A model generated the notes under the pieces. It was not told where the DNA came from. It saw only the letters and a program-made list of their open reading frames with translations, and searched no databases. 64,000 bases of DNA from Lingula anatina (Eukaryota > Animalia > Brachiopoda): assembly GCA_051362555.1 (NCBI GenBank), contig CM120640.1:7440001-7504000 (forward strand). Reading direction: 5' to 3'. How positions within the stretch are numbered: position 1 is the first letter of the stretch; each line of letters opens with the position of its first letter. The translations under genes were made by a program, and so were the position numbers. Shown here in pieces: positions 38,944-50,997 of this stretch.

Positions 38944-39242
38944 AGAGTTGAGTCTAGTTCTTTTGGTTAGGCAACCAGCAGGCTTCTATTCACGGATGCG
39001 ATCCCACCATACTGCTCGACACGGAACCTTTTGGCTGCTGCATTTCTGCCCTGACCCAATGCGGTCCTCTTTGGTCAACCTGGTCGACCAGACCTCCGTC
39101 CAGCTTACCATATTGATGCCGAGCTTAGTGCGGACACCCGATCGCCATAGACAGACGACCGGCAGAAGCCCTAACCTCACACCATCCACCAGCTCAGACC
39201 TCTGAACAGCCAGATTACAGGAGCCCGCCACAGCTCCCAGTC
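38944..39242 (-). ncRNA. RN7SL: 7SL RNA copy 22
   Basis: Array copy. Confidence 0.95.
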
Positions 39243-39646
39243 GGTTGTTGATGACAATATTGTTATAATTGAAAGTGCTTTATTTTCTTTTAAACACTTA
39301 AAAATCAATACTGCATAATAAAACATATTTGCAAAATGTCTTTTACTTAGAATGTTAGTTGAGTTAAATTGATCTGATGACCATTGTTAAGATTAATTCA
39401 TAATGGACTGTGTCTAAAGGACGAGAGATATTTGCACCCCCGATATAAATTAATTGAAGCGTTTGGTCGCCGCAAAATGGTCTTGGGTAGTGGTATTTCC
39501 CCGCCCAATTACGTCAATTTGACTGAACATGTTATACTATGAGTACAAAACCTTTTTTCAGCTGGAGGTAAGGCATGACAAGGAGATAGAATTTGTCGCA
39601 AGAGAGAGGAATGTAAACGTAAAATGTTCATTTTTTTTTCAATGCT

Positions 39647-39762
39647 AACCTCCATGAGGAGGTCTTGAAAAATTAGTCTATAGACTCATTGTATTGTTCC
39701 TCTCCACGGAAATCTTTAGTAAAAGGCGAAAGATTTATTCGTGGATGAAGAGAAACCAGAGT
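39647..39762 (-). ncRNA. RNU5: U5 snRNA copy 23
   Basis: Array copy. Confidence 0.95.
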
Positions 39763-40285
39763 GAAGACCTCACTGCCCTTACCGGTTATATACTTCATTT
39801 TAGTAGCATTTGAAATGGGAGTGACTTTGCATAATTATTATAAAAAAAAACAGCTTCATATATTTTGTGCTATTGAGATAATACTTGAGACATTTTTAAT
39901 TTCTCTATAGCAATAGCATGTAATATTTTAGTTTGGGAATAACAAACAATACCATCTTTGGTTCTTTTGAAAAGCTCGTTCTTTTTAATGCCATGTGCCG
40001 ACGGGTAAGGCGCGCAGTCGGTCGCCAATAAAAGGGGTCATGCATGTAGGTGTTTGCACGTTTATATTTAACATCTAAAACACTCCGACGCTCTCAGTGC
40101 CAACAGTAAACATGTTTTGACATTTGAAATTCACCTGAGATATTGTTGGCGGATGCCGTACTTGGTGAAACGCTTGGTGATCATCATGCAAAATGATATA
40201 AATTCCAGTTATAGCAACAGTTTAGTTCGGACATGATCATGGCCAAATGGAAAGTGTGTTGAAAAGTAAAATAATTTAAAAATAA

Positions 40286-40584
40286 AGAGTTGAGTTTAGT
40301 TCTTTTGGTTAGGCGACCAGCAGGCTTCTATTCACGGATGCGATCCCACCATACTGCTCGACACGGAACCTTTTGGCTGCTGCATTTCTGCCCTGACCCA
40401 ATGCGGTCCGCTTTGGTCAACCTGGTCGACCAGACCTCCGTCCAGCTTACCATATTGATGCCGAGCTTAGTGCGGACACCCGATCGCCATAGACAGACGA
40501 CCGGCAGAAGCCCTAACCTCACACCATCCACCAGCTCAGACCTCTGAACAGCCAGATTACAGGAGCCCGCCACAGCTCCCAGTC
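40286..40584 (-). ncRNA. RN7SL: 7SL RNA copy 23
   Basis: Array copy. Confidence 0.95.
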
Positions 40585-40988
40585 GGTTGTTGATGACAAT
40601 ATTGTTATAATTGAAAGTGCTTTATTTTCTTTTAAACACTTAAAAATCAATACTGCATAATAAAACATATTTGCAAAATGTCTTTTACTTAGAATGTTAG
40701 TTGAGTTAAATTGATCTGATGACCATTGTTAAGATTAATTCATAATGGACTGTGTCTAAAGGACGAGAGATATTTGCACCCCCGATATAAATTAATTGAA
40801 GCGTTTGGTCGCCGCAAAATGGTCTTGGGTAGTGGTATTTCCCCACCCAATTACGTCAATTTGACTGAACATGTTATACTATGAGTACAAAACCTTTTTT
40901 CAGCTGGAGGTAAGGCATGACAAGGAGATAGAATTTGTCGCAAGAGAGAGGAATGTAAACGTAAAATGTTCAATTTTTTTTCAATGCT

Positions 40989-41104
40989 AACCTCCATGAG
41001 GAGGTCTTGAAAAATTAGTCTATAGACTCATTGTATTGTTCCTCTCCACGGAAATCTTTAGTAAAAGGCGAAAGATTTATTCGTGGATGAAGAGAAACCA
41101 GAGT
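40989..41104 (-). ncRNA. RNU5: U5 snRNA copy 24
   Basis: Array copy. Confidence 0.95.
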
Positions 41105-41625
41105 GAAGACCTCACTGCCCTTACCGGTTATATACTTCATTTTAGTAGCATTTGAAATGGGAGTGACTTTGCATAAATATTCTAAAAAAACAGCTTCATA
41201 TATTTTGTGCTATTGAGATAATACTTGAGACATTTTTAATTTCTCTATAGCAATAACATGTAATATTTTAGTTTGGGAATAACAAACAATACCATCTTTG
41301 GTTCTTTTGAAAAGCTCGTTCTTTTTAATGCCATGTGCCGACGGGTAAGGCGCGCAGTCGGTCACCAATAAAAGGGGTCATGCATGTAGGTGTTTGCACG
41401 TTTATATTTAACATCTAAAACACTCCGACGCTCTCAGTGCAAACAGTAAACATGTTTTGACATTTGAAATTCACCTGAGATATTGTTGGCGGATGCCGTA
41501 CTTGGTGAAACGCTTGGTGATCATCATGCAAAATGATATAAATTCCAGTTATAGCAACAGTTTAGTTCGGACATGATCATGGCCAAATGGAAAGTGTGTT
41601 GAAAAGTAAAATAATGTAAAAATAA

Positions 41626-41924
41626 AGAGTTGGGTCAAGTTCTTTTGGTTAGGCTACCAGCAGGCTTCTATTCACGGATGCGATCCCACCATACTGCTCG
41701 ACACGGGACCTTTTGGCTGCTGCATTTCTGCCCTGACCCAATGCGGTCCTCTTTGGTCAACCTGGTCGACCAGACCTCCGTCCAGCTTACCATATTGATG
41801 CCGAGCTTAGTGCGGACACCCGATCGCCATAGACAGACGACCGGCAGAAGCCCTAACCTCACACCATCCACCAGCTCAGACCTCTGAACAGCCAGATTAC
41901 AGGAGCCCGCCACAGCTCCCAGTC
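41626..41924 (-). ncRNA. RN7SL: 7SL RNA copy 24
   Basis: Array copy. Confidence 0.95.
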
Positions 41925-42328
41925 GGTTGTTGATGACAATATTGTTATAATTGAAAGTGCTTTATTTTCTTTTAAACACTTAAAAATCAATACTGCATAA
42001 TAAAACATATTTGCAAAATGTCTTTTACTTAGAATGTTAGTTGAGTTAAATTGATCTGATGACCATTGTTAAGATTAATTCATAATGGACTGTGTCTAAA
42101 GGACGAGAGATATTTGCACCCCCGATATAAATTAATTGAAGCGTTTGGTCGCCGCAAAATGGTCTTGGGTAGTGGTATTTCCCCGCCCAATTACGTCAAT
42201 TTGACTGAACATGTTATACTATGAGTACAAAACCTTTTTTCAGCTGGAGGTAAGGCATGACAAGGAGATAGAATTTGTCGCAAGAGAGAGGAATGTAAAC
42301 GTAAAATGTTCAATTTTTTTTCAATGCT

Positions 42329-42444
42329 AACCTCCATGAGGAGGTCTTGAAAAATTAGTCTATAGACTCATTGTATTGTTCCTCTCCACGGAAATCTTTA
42401 GTAAAAGGCGAAAGATTTATTCGTGGATGAAGAGAAACCAGAGT
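42329..42444 (-). ncRNA. RNU5: U5 snRNA copy 25
   Basis: Array copy. Confidence 0.95.
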
Positions 42445-42965
42445 GAAGACCTCACTGCCCTTACCGGTTATATACTTCATTTTAGTAGCATTTGAAATGG
42501 GAGTGACTTTGCATAATTATTCTAAAAAAACAGCTTCATATATTTTGTGCTATTGAGATAATACTTGAGACATTTTTAATTTCTCTATAGCAATAACATG
42601 TAATATTTTAGTTTGGGAATAACAAACAATACCATCTTTGGTTCTTTTGAAAAGCTCGTTCTTTTTAATGCCATGTGCCGACGGGTAAGGCGCGCAGTCG
42701 GTCGCCAATAAAAGGGGTCATGCATGTAGGTGTTTGCACGTTTATATTTAACATCTAAAACACTCCGACGCTCTCAGTGCAAACAGTAAACATGTTTTGA
42801 CATTTGAAATTCACCTGAGATATTGTTGGCGGATGCCGTACTTGGTGAAACGCTTGGTGATCATCATGCAAAATGATATAAATTCCAGTTATAGCAACAG
42901 TTTAGTTCGGACATGATCATTGGCAAATTGAAAGTGTGTTGAAAAGTAAAATAATTTAAAAATAA

Positions 42966-43264
42966 AGAGTTGAGTTTAGTTCTTTTGGTTAGGCGACCAG
43001 CAGGCTTCTATTCACGGATGCGATCCCACCATACTGCTCGACACGGAACCTTTTGGCTGCTGCATTTCTGCCCTGACCCAATGCGGTCCGCTTTGGTCAA
43101 CCTGGTCGACCAGACCTCCGTCCAGCTTACCATATTGATGCCGAGCTTAGTGCGGACACCCGATCGCCATAGACAGACGACCGGCAGAAGCCCTAACCTC
43201 ACACCATCCACCAGCTCAGACCTCTGAACAGCCAGATTACAGGAGCCCGCCACAGCTCCCAGTC
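42966..43264 (-). ncRNA. RN7SL: 7SL RNA copy 25
   Basis: Array copy. Confidence 0.95.
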
Positions 43265-43668
43265 GGTTGTTGATGACAATATTGTTATAATTGAAAGTGC
43301 TTTATTTTCTTTTAAACACTTAAAAATCAATACTGCATAATAAAACATATTTGCAAAATGTCTTTTACTTAGAATGTTAGTTGAGTTAAATTGATCTGAT
43401 GACCATTGTTAAGATTAATTCATAATGGACTGTGTCTAAAGGACGAGAGATATTTGCACCCCCGATATAAATTAATTGAAGCGTTTGGTCGCCGCAAAAT
43501 GGTCTTGGGTAGTGGTATTTCCCCGCCCAATTACGTCAATTTGACTGAACATGTTATACTATGAGTACAAAACCTTTTTTCAGCTGGAGGTAAGGCATGA
43601 CAAGGAGATAGAATTTGTCGCAAGAGAGAGGAATGTAAACGTAAAATGTTCAATTTTTTTTCAATGCT

Positions 43669-43784
43669 AACCTCCATGAGGAGGTCTTGAAAAATTAGTC
43701 TATAGACTCATTGTATTGTTCCTCTCCACGGAAATCTTTAGTAAAAGGCGAAAGATTTATTCGTGGATGAAGAGAAACCAGAGT
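43669..43784 (-). ncRNA. RNU5: U5 snRNA copy 26
   Basis: Array copy. Confidence 0.95.
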
Positions 43785-44305
43785 GAAGACCTCACTGCCC
43801 TTACCGGTTATATACTTCATTTTAGTAGCATTTGAAATGGGAGTGACTTTGCATAATTATTCTAAAAAAACAGCTTCATATATTTTGTGCTATTGAGATA
43901 ATACTTGAGACATTTTTAATTTCTCTATAGCAATAACATGTAATATTTTAGTTTGGGAATAACAAACAATACCATCTTTGGTTCTTTTGAAAAGCTCGTT
44001 CTTTTTAATGCCATGTGCCGACGGGTAAGGCGCGCAGTCGGTCGCCAATAAAAGGGGTCATGCATGTAGGTGTTTGCACGTTTATATTTAACATCTAAAA
44101 CACTCCGACGCTCTCAGTGCAAACAGTAAACATGTTTTGACATTTGAAATTCACCTGAGATATTGTTGGCGGATGCCGTACTTGGTGAAACGCTTGGTGA
44201 TCATCATGCAAAATGATATAAATTCCAGTTATAGCAACAGTTTAGTTCGGACATGATCATTGGCAAATTGAAAGTGTGTTGAAAAGTAAAATAATGTAAA
44301 AATAA

Positions 44306-44604
44306 AGAGTTGGGTCAAGTTCTTTTGGTTAGGCGACCAGCAGGCTTCTATTCACGGATGCGATCCCACCATACTGCTCGACACGGGACCTTTTGGCTGC
44401 TGCATTTCTGCCCTGACCCAATGCGGTCCGCTTTGGTCAACCTGGTCGACCAGACCTCCGTCCAGCTTACCATATTGATGCCGAGCTTAGTGCGGACACC
44501 CGATCGCCATAGACAGACGACCGGCAGAAGCCCTAACCTCACACCATCCACCAGCTCAGACCTCTGAACAGCCAGATTACAGGAGCCCGCCACAGCTCCC
44601 AGTC
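44306..44604 (-). ncRNA. RN7SL: 7SL RNA copy 26
   Basis: Array copy. Confidence 0.95.
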
Positions 44605-45008
44605 GGTTGTTGATGACAATATTGTTATAATTGAAAGTGCTTTATTTTCTTTTAAACACTTAAAAATCAATACTGCATAATAAAACATATTTGCAAAATG
44701 TCTTTTACTTAGAATGTTAGTTGAGTTAAATTGATCTGATGACCATTGTTAAGATTAATTCATAATGGACTGTGTCTAAAGGACGAGAGATATTTGCACC
44801 CCCGATATAAATTAATTGAAGCGTTTGGTCGCCGCAAAATGGTCTTGGGTAGTGGTATTTCCCCGCCCAATTACGTCAATTTGACTGAACATGTTATACT
44901 ATGAGTACAAAACCTTTTTTCAGCTGGAGGTAAGGCATGACAAGGAGAAAGAATGTGTTGTAAGAGGGAGAGAGGGATGATAACGTAAAAAGTTCATTTT
45001 TTTATGCT

Positions 45009-45124
45009 AACCTCCATAAGGAGGTGTTGAAAAATTAGTCTATAGACTCATTGTATTGTTCCTCTCCACGGAAATCTTTAGTAAAAGGCGAAAGATTTAT
45101 TCGTGGATAAAGAGAAACCAGAGT
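45009..45124 (-). ncRNA. RNU5: U5 snRNA copy 27 (edge variant)
   Basis: Loop I intact; substitutions in the 5' stem region (GGATAAAGAG), 3' stem-loop and PSE-like element. Confidence 0.9.
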
Positions 45125-45655
45125 GAAGATCTCACTGCCCTTACCGGTTATATACTTCATTTTAGTAGCATTTGAAATGGGACTGACTTTGCATAATTAT
45201 TCTAAATAAACAGCTTCATATATTTTGTGCTATTGAGATAATACTTGAGACATTTTTAATTTCTCTATAGCAATAACATGTAATATTTTAGTTTGGGAAT
45301 AACAAACAATACCATATTTGGTTCTTTTGAAAAGCTCGTTCTTTTTAATGCCATGTGCCGACGGGTCGGGTGCGCAGTCGGTCGCCAATAAAAGGGGTCA
45401 TGCATGTAGGTGTTGTACGTTCATATTTAACATCTAAAACACTCGGACGCTCTCAGTGCCAACAGTAAACGTGTTTTGATATTTAAAATTCACCTGATAA
45501 ATTGTGGGCGGATGTCGTATTTGGTGAAACGCTTGGTGATTATCATGTCAAATTAGATAAATTCAAGTTAGGCCTATAGCAACGGTTTATTTATATTGGG
45601 ACATGATCACGGCCAAATGGAAAGTGTGTTGAAAAGAAAAATAATGTCAAAATAA

Positions 45656-45954
45656 AGAGTTGGGTCTAGTTCTTTTGGTTAGGCTACCGGCAGACTTCTA
45701 TTCACGGATGCGATCCCACCATACTGCTCGACACGGAACCTTTTGGCTGCTGCATTTCTGCCCTGACCCAATGCGGTCCTCTTTGGTCAACCTGGTCGAC
45801 CAGACCTCTGTCCAGCTTACCATATTGATGCCGAGCTTAGTGCGGACACCCGATCGCCATAGACAGACGACCGGCAGAAGCCCTAACCTCACACCATCCA
45901 CCAGCCCAGACCTCTGAACAGCCAGATTACAGGAGCCCGCCACAGCTCCCAGTC
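45656..45954 (-). ncRNA. RN7SL: 7SL RNA copy 27 (edge variant)
   Basis: Several substitutions, including a compensatory pair; distal upstream region deleted. Confidence 0.92.
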
Positions 45955-47024
45955 GGTTGTTGATGACAATATTGTTATAATTGAAAGTGCTTTATTTTCT
46001 TTTAAACACTTAAAAATCAATACTGCATAATAAAACATATTTGCAAAATGTCTTTTACTTAGAATGTTAGTTGAGTTAAATTGATCTCGGACGCTCTCAG
46101 TGCCAATAGTAGGCCTAAACATATTTTGACATTTAAAATTCACCTGAGATATTGTGTGCGGATGATAGGCCTATATTTTGTCTATTTATGATAACACTTT
46201 GGTTTATATTATATCGCTGAAATATAGGCCTAATTTTTTTTATTCACAAGTTAGGCCCTATAAGTTCTCTTTTCGCTCAAAAGTAAAAAATACAAAAAAG
46301 TAGGCCTAATTTATAATAAATGTTACCTTATAGCCTATAGGACTACTTTGGATAAATATGGGCTATTGGGGGGACCGGGGATAGTTGGACCCCGGGGTAA
46401 GTTGTCCCCCCGTAAATTTATGTAGGCCTAAAAGTAGGCCTAACTACGAGTAAAAAAAATTGGCCACATAGGCCTTCTCTTGTAATGTGACCGTAGCCTA
46501 CAATGCTAAGGAAGTGTCGAACGTTAAAAAGTTTTGCTTAAGCTGTGAGTCGAAATAAACAATTTTTGCACCTAAAAGTAATTTTGTTTAAGAGATTTGA
46601 AAATCTATTTTCATAGGCTTTTGATCGAATAGGCCTATATTAGGCCTATAGGCCTCCTATGTATTGAGCAATGTCTCTCCTGATGAAATAAATTAGTTTG
46701 ACAATTCATTTACTAATTTTAAGATGTTTTTTCCACGAAACTGCAGGCCTGCTATACAAATAGGCGTATGACGAGAGTCGAAGTGAACGCTGGGGTGCAA
46801 TTTTGCTGTAGGTCTAATTTAAAAAGATCTAATTTCAAAAAAAGATAAAAATTAGGTAGCGATTTTCCAAATTAATTCTTTGAATTGCAAAGACATTGGT
46901 CAAAGTCACCACCCAAGTCAATATTAATTTACATCAGAAATAAGAGAGTAATGGGAGCAACAGAATCGTTTCACTGAATGCTGCAGGTGCGCTGCAGAAT
47001 TTTCAGAAGAAAAGCAGACGATAA

Positions 47025-47032
47025 TGACGTCA
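47025..47032. promoter_or_regulatory. Perfect CRE palindrome upstream of UBE2G1
   Basis: TGACGTCA ~110 bp before the ATG in a CpG-richer patch. Confidence 0.35.
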
Positions 47033-47140
47033 GAATATCAGCCGCGCATCCAAAATCGGTCATCTCGCAAGTTATCGCAGAAGCCATATTCACACAGCTG
47101 GCTGGGAGGAAGACTGAGTGATATAAAGTGCGTACGATCG

Positions 47141-49691
47141 ATGGCTCAAGAACGATCGGCTCTATTGCTGCATAGACAGCTTGGAGGTAATGATATTTAA
47201 CATACCTACATCTGTGTTGAAAAATTTTAAGATCGGTGTATAGTTTCTTAATATAAAATGTGTTATTTATGTGTGTTGTCTTTGTGTTGTCACAACCAAA
47301 AGAGTTTGCCTGTGTTTGGACTGATCTGACCTTGTCCTCGGAACAAATTGCAGGAAAATGACTTTAAACAACATTTGGACCTAAAAAATAATATCATGGA
47401 CACAAATTTCATACGTTTCACACAGTTGTTGTAATACTTTTGTCAACTGATGAACTAAATGTGACTCATTTTTGTCTGGCTTGTCCAGACTACATCATAC
47501 CTATTGTCGTCCTCATACCCCCCCCTCCCCTTTGTTTTATTGACAGTGAAATGGTATTGTATTTTTTTAATTTGTACTTATAAGAACAGATACTTCTTAG
47601 GTATATGTAATGACAGCCTTTCAGCCATCTAGGCTAGTTATGTTGGAAAAACAAAATTCTGTCTAGATAAAAGCTGATCACTGTAATCAAGATTATGATA
47701 TATAAATTACATGTTACTTTACTCTATTCATAGGTCTTAAAGATGGTGAGGGTTTTGGGAATAAATGTGGAAAAGATGTCGCCAAAATGTGATGTTGTAT
47801 TGCCCAGTGAATTTAAAACGACAGAAAAATTCCATCATAGTTCATTGGACACGTCCTTTGTTATCATCAGTTTGATTAGAAAGACGGAGATATAGGCCTT
47901 CTTATCTATGCAGATTTCCTCTATGAGTAACTGTGATTTATTTTGAAAATCTGTTTCTCCACTGTCCAAGTTTATTATCCAGCCATGAACTGATTAAGCC
48001 ACATTTAATGTAGCTATGAAACTAATAACCCACTAGCGTACTTTTCAATTTAATCCATGTTTACTTTTTCAGAGCTTATGAAGAACCCAGTGGAAGGGTT
48101 CTCTGCAGGATTGATTGATGATGATGACATCTACAAGTGGGAAGTATTGATCATAGGACCACCTGATACACTTTTGTGAGTAGTTAAACATTTATGGTCA
48201 TTGTCCTATTTGGGTCACTAATCAATGAAAACAAGGCATTTGTCTTTTCCTACTTTGGTAGCCTGAGGCTAACCTAGTGATGTTAAAAGATAAGGAAAAT
48301 TGTTCATAAAATTGACAAGTATACCATATACTTTATATTACCATATACTTTATACTTATAGACACTGTTACATAAACGTTACATTGATGATATTTGATAA
48401 ATTAAAGGTATACAGCTTATTATTTGATATTCTATTCAGTAGGTAAAACCATTTTGTTTATTAAAGGTTGGAAATGTGTACATTTTTGGTATGATACATA
48501 GAGATTTTGGAACATCTTTCTACTCGTGTCTTAATTTTGATCCACTCCAAGTGAGTATGAAATATTTGAAAATATTTTCCATGTTATAATGAAGATATAT
48601 GAATATCTTTGTCATTTTAGTGAAGGAGGATTTTTCAAAGCTCACCTGTACTTCCCTAAAGATTATCCTCTCAAGCCACCCAAGATGAAGTTTATATCAG
48701 ATGTATGGCATCCAAATAGTAAGTGAATTCAGCCAGTGAAAATCCTTAAGACAAGGTTCAGCTTTTGGCACTTCCCACCTCACCTTGTACATTTTTCCTA
48801 GAGTGTGTTTTATGGTGCGCACTAAGTGACTTGCTTAGTATACCCTTCAAGTTGATGTCACTTATGCTGTGTGTGAGCAGTGATAAGAGTTAGTTTTGCA
48901 CCCAACAGAATTCAATAAGATCATTCTCAGGTGCCATGGTCTTTTGGTAGATTTCATGACATACGTACTAGTGGAGTTTAAATCACATTTACCCAATTTA
49001 TACCATGCATAGCACATTTTAGTCTCATCATGAAGCCGCTTTGTATATTTGTACATGTGCACAGTAAAATATATTGTTTTTTTTTTCAAACCTTCAATAT
49101 GAAAAACGGAATTTATCACCTTTTCAGTTGATAAAAATGGTGATGTTTGTATCTCAATTCTGCATGAGCCAGGAGATGACAAATATGGGTATGAGAAGGC
49201 CAATGAAAGGTGGTTACCCATCCATACTGTAGAGACCATTTTACTCAGTGTTATATCTATGCTAGCTGATCCAAATGATGAATCTCCGGCCAATGTTGAT
49301 GCAGCAGTAAGTATTTGATAATGTGAAAGTAGCAGTTTTAAATGGCATTTTTTGTGTTAGTTTTATTGAGTAAGTCTTTTTATTAACCTCATTTGCCAGG
49401 TAAATAGTTTGAAAATAGCTCTCTGTAGAACTTCAGATAATTTTGATTAACATGAAAAAATTGTAATTTGGTAGTATGTCTGACAAATGTAAAATTAAGA
49501 TTTTGAAGTATTTCATTCACCTTGAATAGCACCTTTGTCTGCATGTAAAGTACTTTATCAAAATTGGCTAGTTTAAGAATTCTTTGTAATAGACAATTTT
49601 CTATTTTTCTTTGCAGAAAGATTGGAGGGAAAACCCTGCTGAATTTAAAAAGAAAGTAGCCAGATGTGTTAGAAAAAGTCAAGAAGAGTAA
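47141..49691 (+). CDS. UBE2G1: Ubiquitin-conjugating enzyme E2 G1 (Ubc7 family), 5 coding exons, 166 aa
   Basis: Exons 47141-47186, 48073-48175, 48621-48718, 49128-49306, 49617-49691 splice to [40 protein letters not shown]...[69 protein letters not shown]...RKSQEE; HPN motif, catalytic Cys and acidic loop present. Confidence 0.97.
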
Positions 49692-50971
49692 CACTAGACA
49701 AATATCCTATAATCAATATGCAAGGCAGGTGCTCGATACACTACAATTTCTAAAGAAGGCTATATTTTAGAAGTACTCAGAGTTGTAACCCTTCAATCTG
49801 CATTTAATTGGACTGAGACTTCAGTAAATTCCATTGTACTCAAAAACCTTGAAATGAAATGAAATGACTTGACAAAGTTCATTTTTTGCAGGCTATGGAT
49901 CTAACCTCGTATTCTTCTGGAGTAATGCATATGAAACATTGCAGCAATAAGTGACGTCACAGCAGGTTGTTATCTGCACATCAGTCACATAGTGGGACTA
50001 TACAACAGACATTCTTTATGAAGACTCCCACTGTTCAAGTCAGGGAAACATTTACTTGATGCTGCAGGTACCATAACTCCATACACTAACAGCAGAACAA
50101 CCATCTGAGATGGATTTAAGTTATACTTGTTATAAGATATTTGATAGCTGGCCGTTAGCTTCACCTTACTTGGATCAATTAACAGTTAAGTTTCAGTAAT
50201 TGTTTGTAGTTGTTATTTTATGTAGATTTTCCCCACAAGTTTCACATGTCTTGGTTATTTATCAGTTCATGGTGTGGACTGTAAGAGCGGTGCTATGTCA
50301 TACCAGCAGCTCAGAGATGGACCACTAATATGCAGGTACTCTAAAAGTGAGTGAGCATTGAAAAAGTGAGTGATACATAGCCACGTGAAAGCTACTTAGA
50401 CTGTTTGATTAATACAGGCAAACATGAGGCATACGTAGTATGCCATAGTTCTGTGCTGCTGGTATGGCTCCTGACAACGATTCACAAATTCCTCCGTTTT
50501 CGTGAAAGAGTGTGCTGGGAAGCACAATAACTGTATATTCACATGTGTATATAATTTGAGGTTTGCGTGGTTATCAGTCATAGTAAAATGAACAGAGCAT
50601 CACTTCCAGTTTAGAAATTGGGGGAAATGCATGTTTCAGTTTGATTTTGGCAAGTTAAAAACTCTTCAGGCACAACAAGACCTTGCTTTGTAAGCAAAAT
50701 ATTACCAGACCTTTAGTAAATTTTGATATTCTGATGTAGTGTGAATAGTTTTTTCATTTTAAAACTGCATAAAAGAAGAGCTATGGATTCATTGACTAAC
50801 ACATTGTCATATGTGTATTGCAATAACAGTACCTCGATATCAGATTACTTCTTTGACATTTATTCAGTTGGAAAATTGTTAAGTTTGAGAAGTGGTGGGT
50901 GTTGCATACATTTGTACAGTATATTCACGTTCATATCCATTATATAATTAATATCTAGCACTGAACTGGGA

Positions 50972-50997
50972 TTATTATTATTATTATTATTATTATT
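50972..50997. repeat. (ATT)n microsatellite
   Basis: ~8 ATT repeats. Confidence 0.8.

Larger units (their letters stand above)
8559..46164 (-). repeat. Tandem array of 27 ~1339-bp units, each with one U5 snRNA gene and one 7SL (SRP) RNA gene
   Basis: Period of 1339-1342 bp visible directly and in the ORF track; exceptions are unit 3 (+1357 bp insertion), unit 10 (-155 bp) and the divergent terminal units. Both edges are in the window. Confidence 0.98.

Noticed and set aside
9623-45943. 27 repeated 81-91 aa ORF pairs on both strands
   Set aside because: They coincide with the GC-rich 7SL gene, use non-ATG starts and have no protein motif; they are shadow ORFs
8559-46164. CRISPR-like or prokaryotic repeat system, or retron (RT next to structured RNA)
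   Set aside because: The units are near-identical with no unique spacers, the context is spliceosomal-intron eukaryotic DNA, and the RT is a LINE type flanked by a TSD
48862-49694. Minus-strand ORFs of 143 and 101 aa
   Set aside because: Antisense to UBE2G1 exons 4-5
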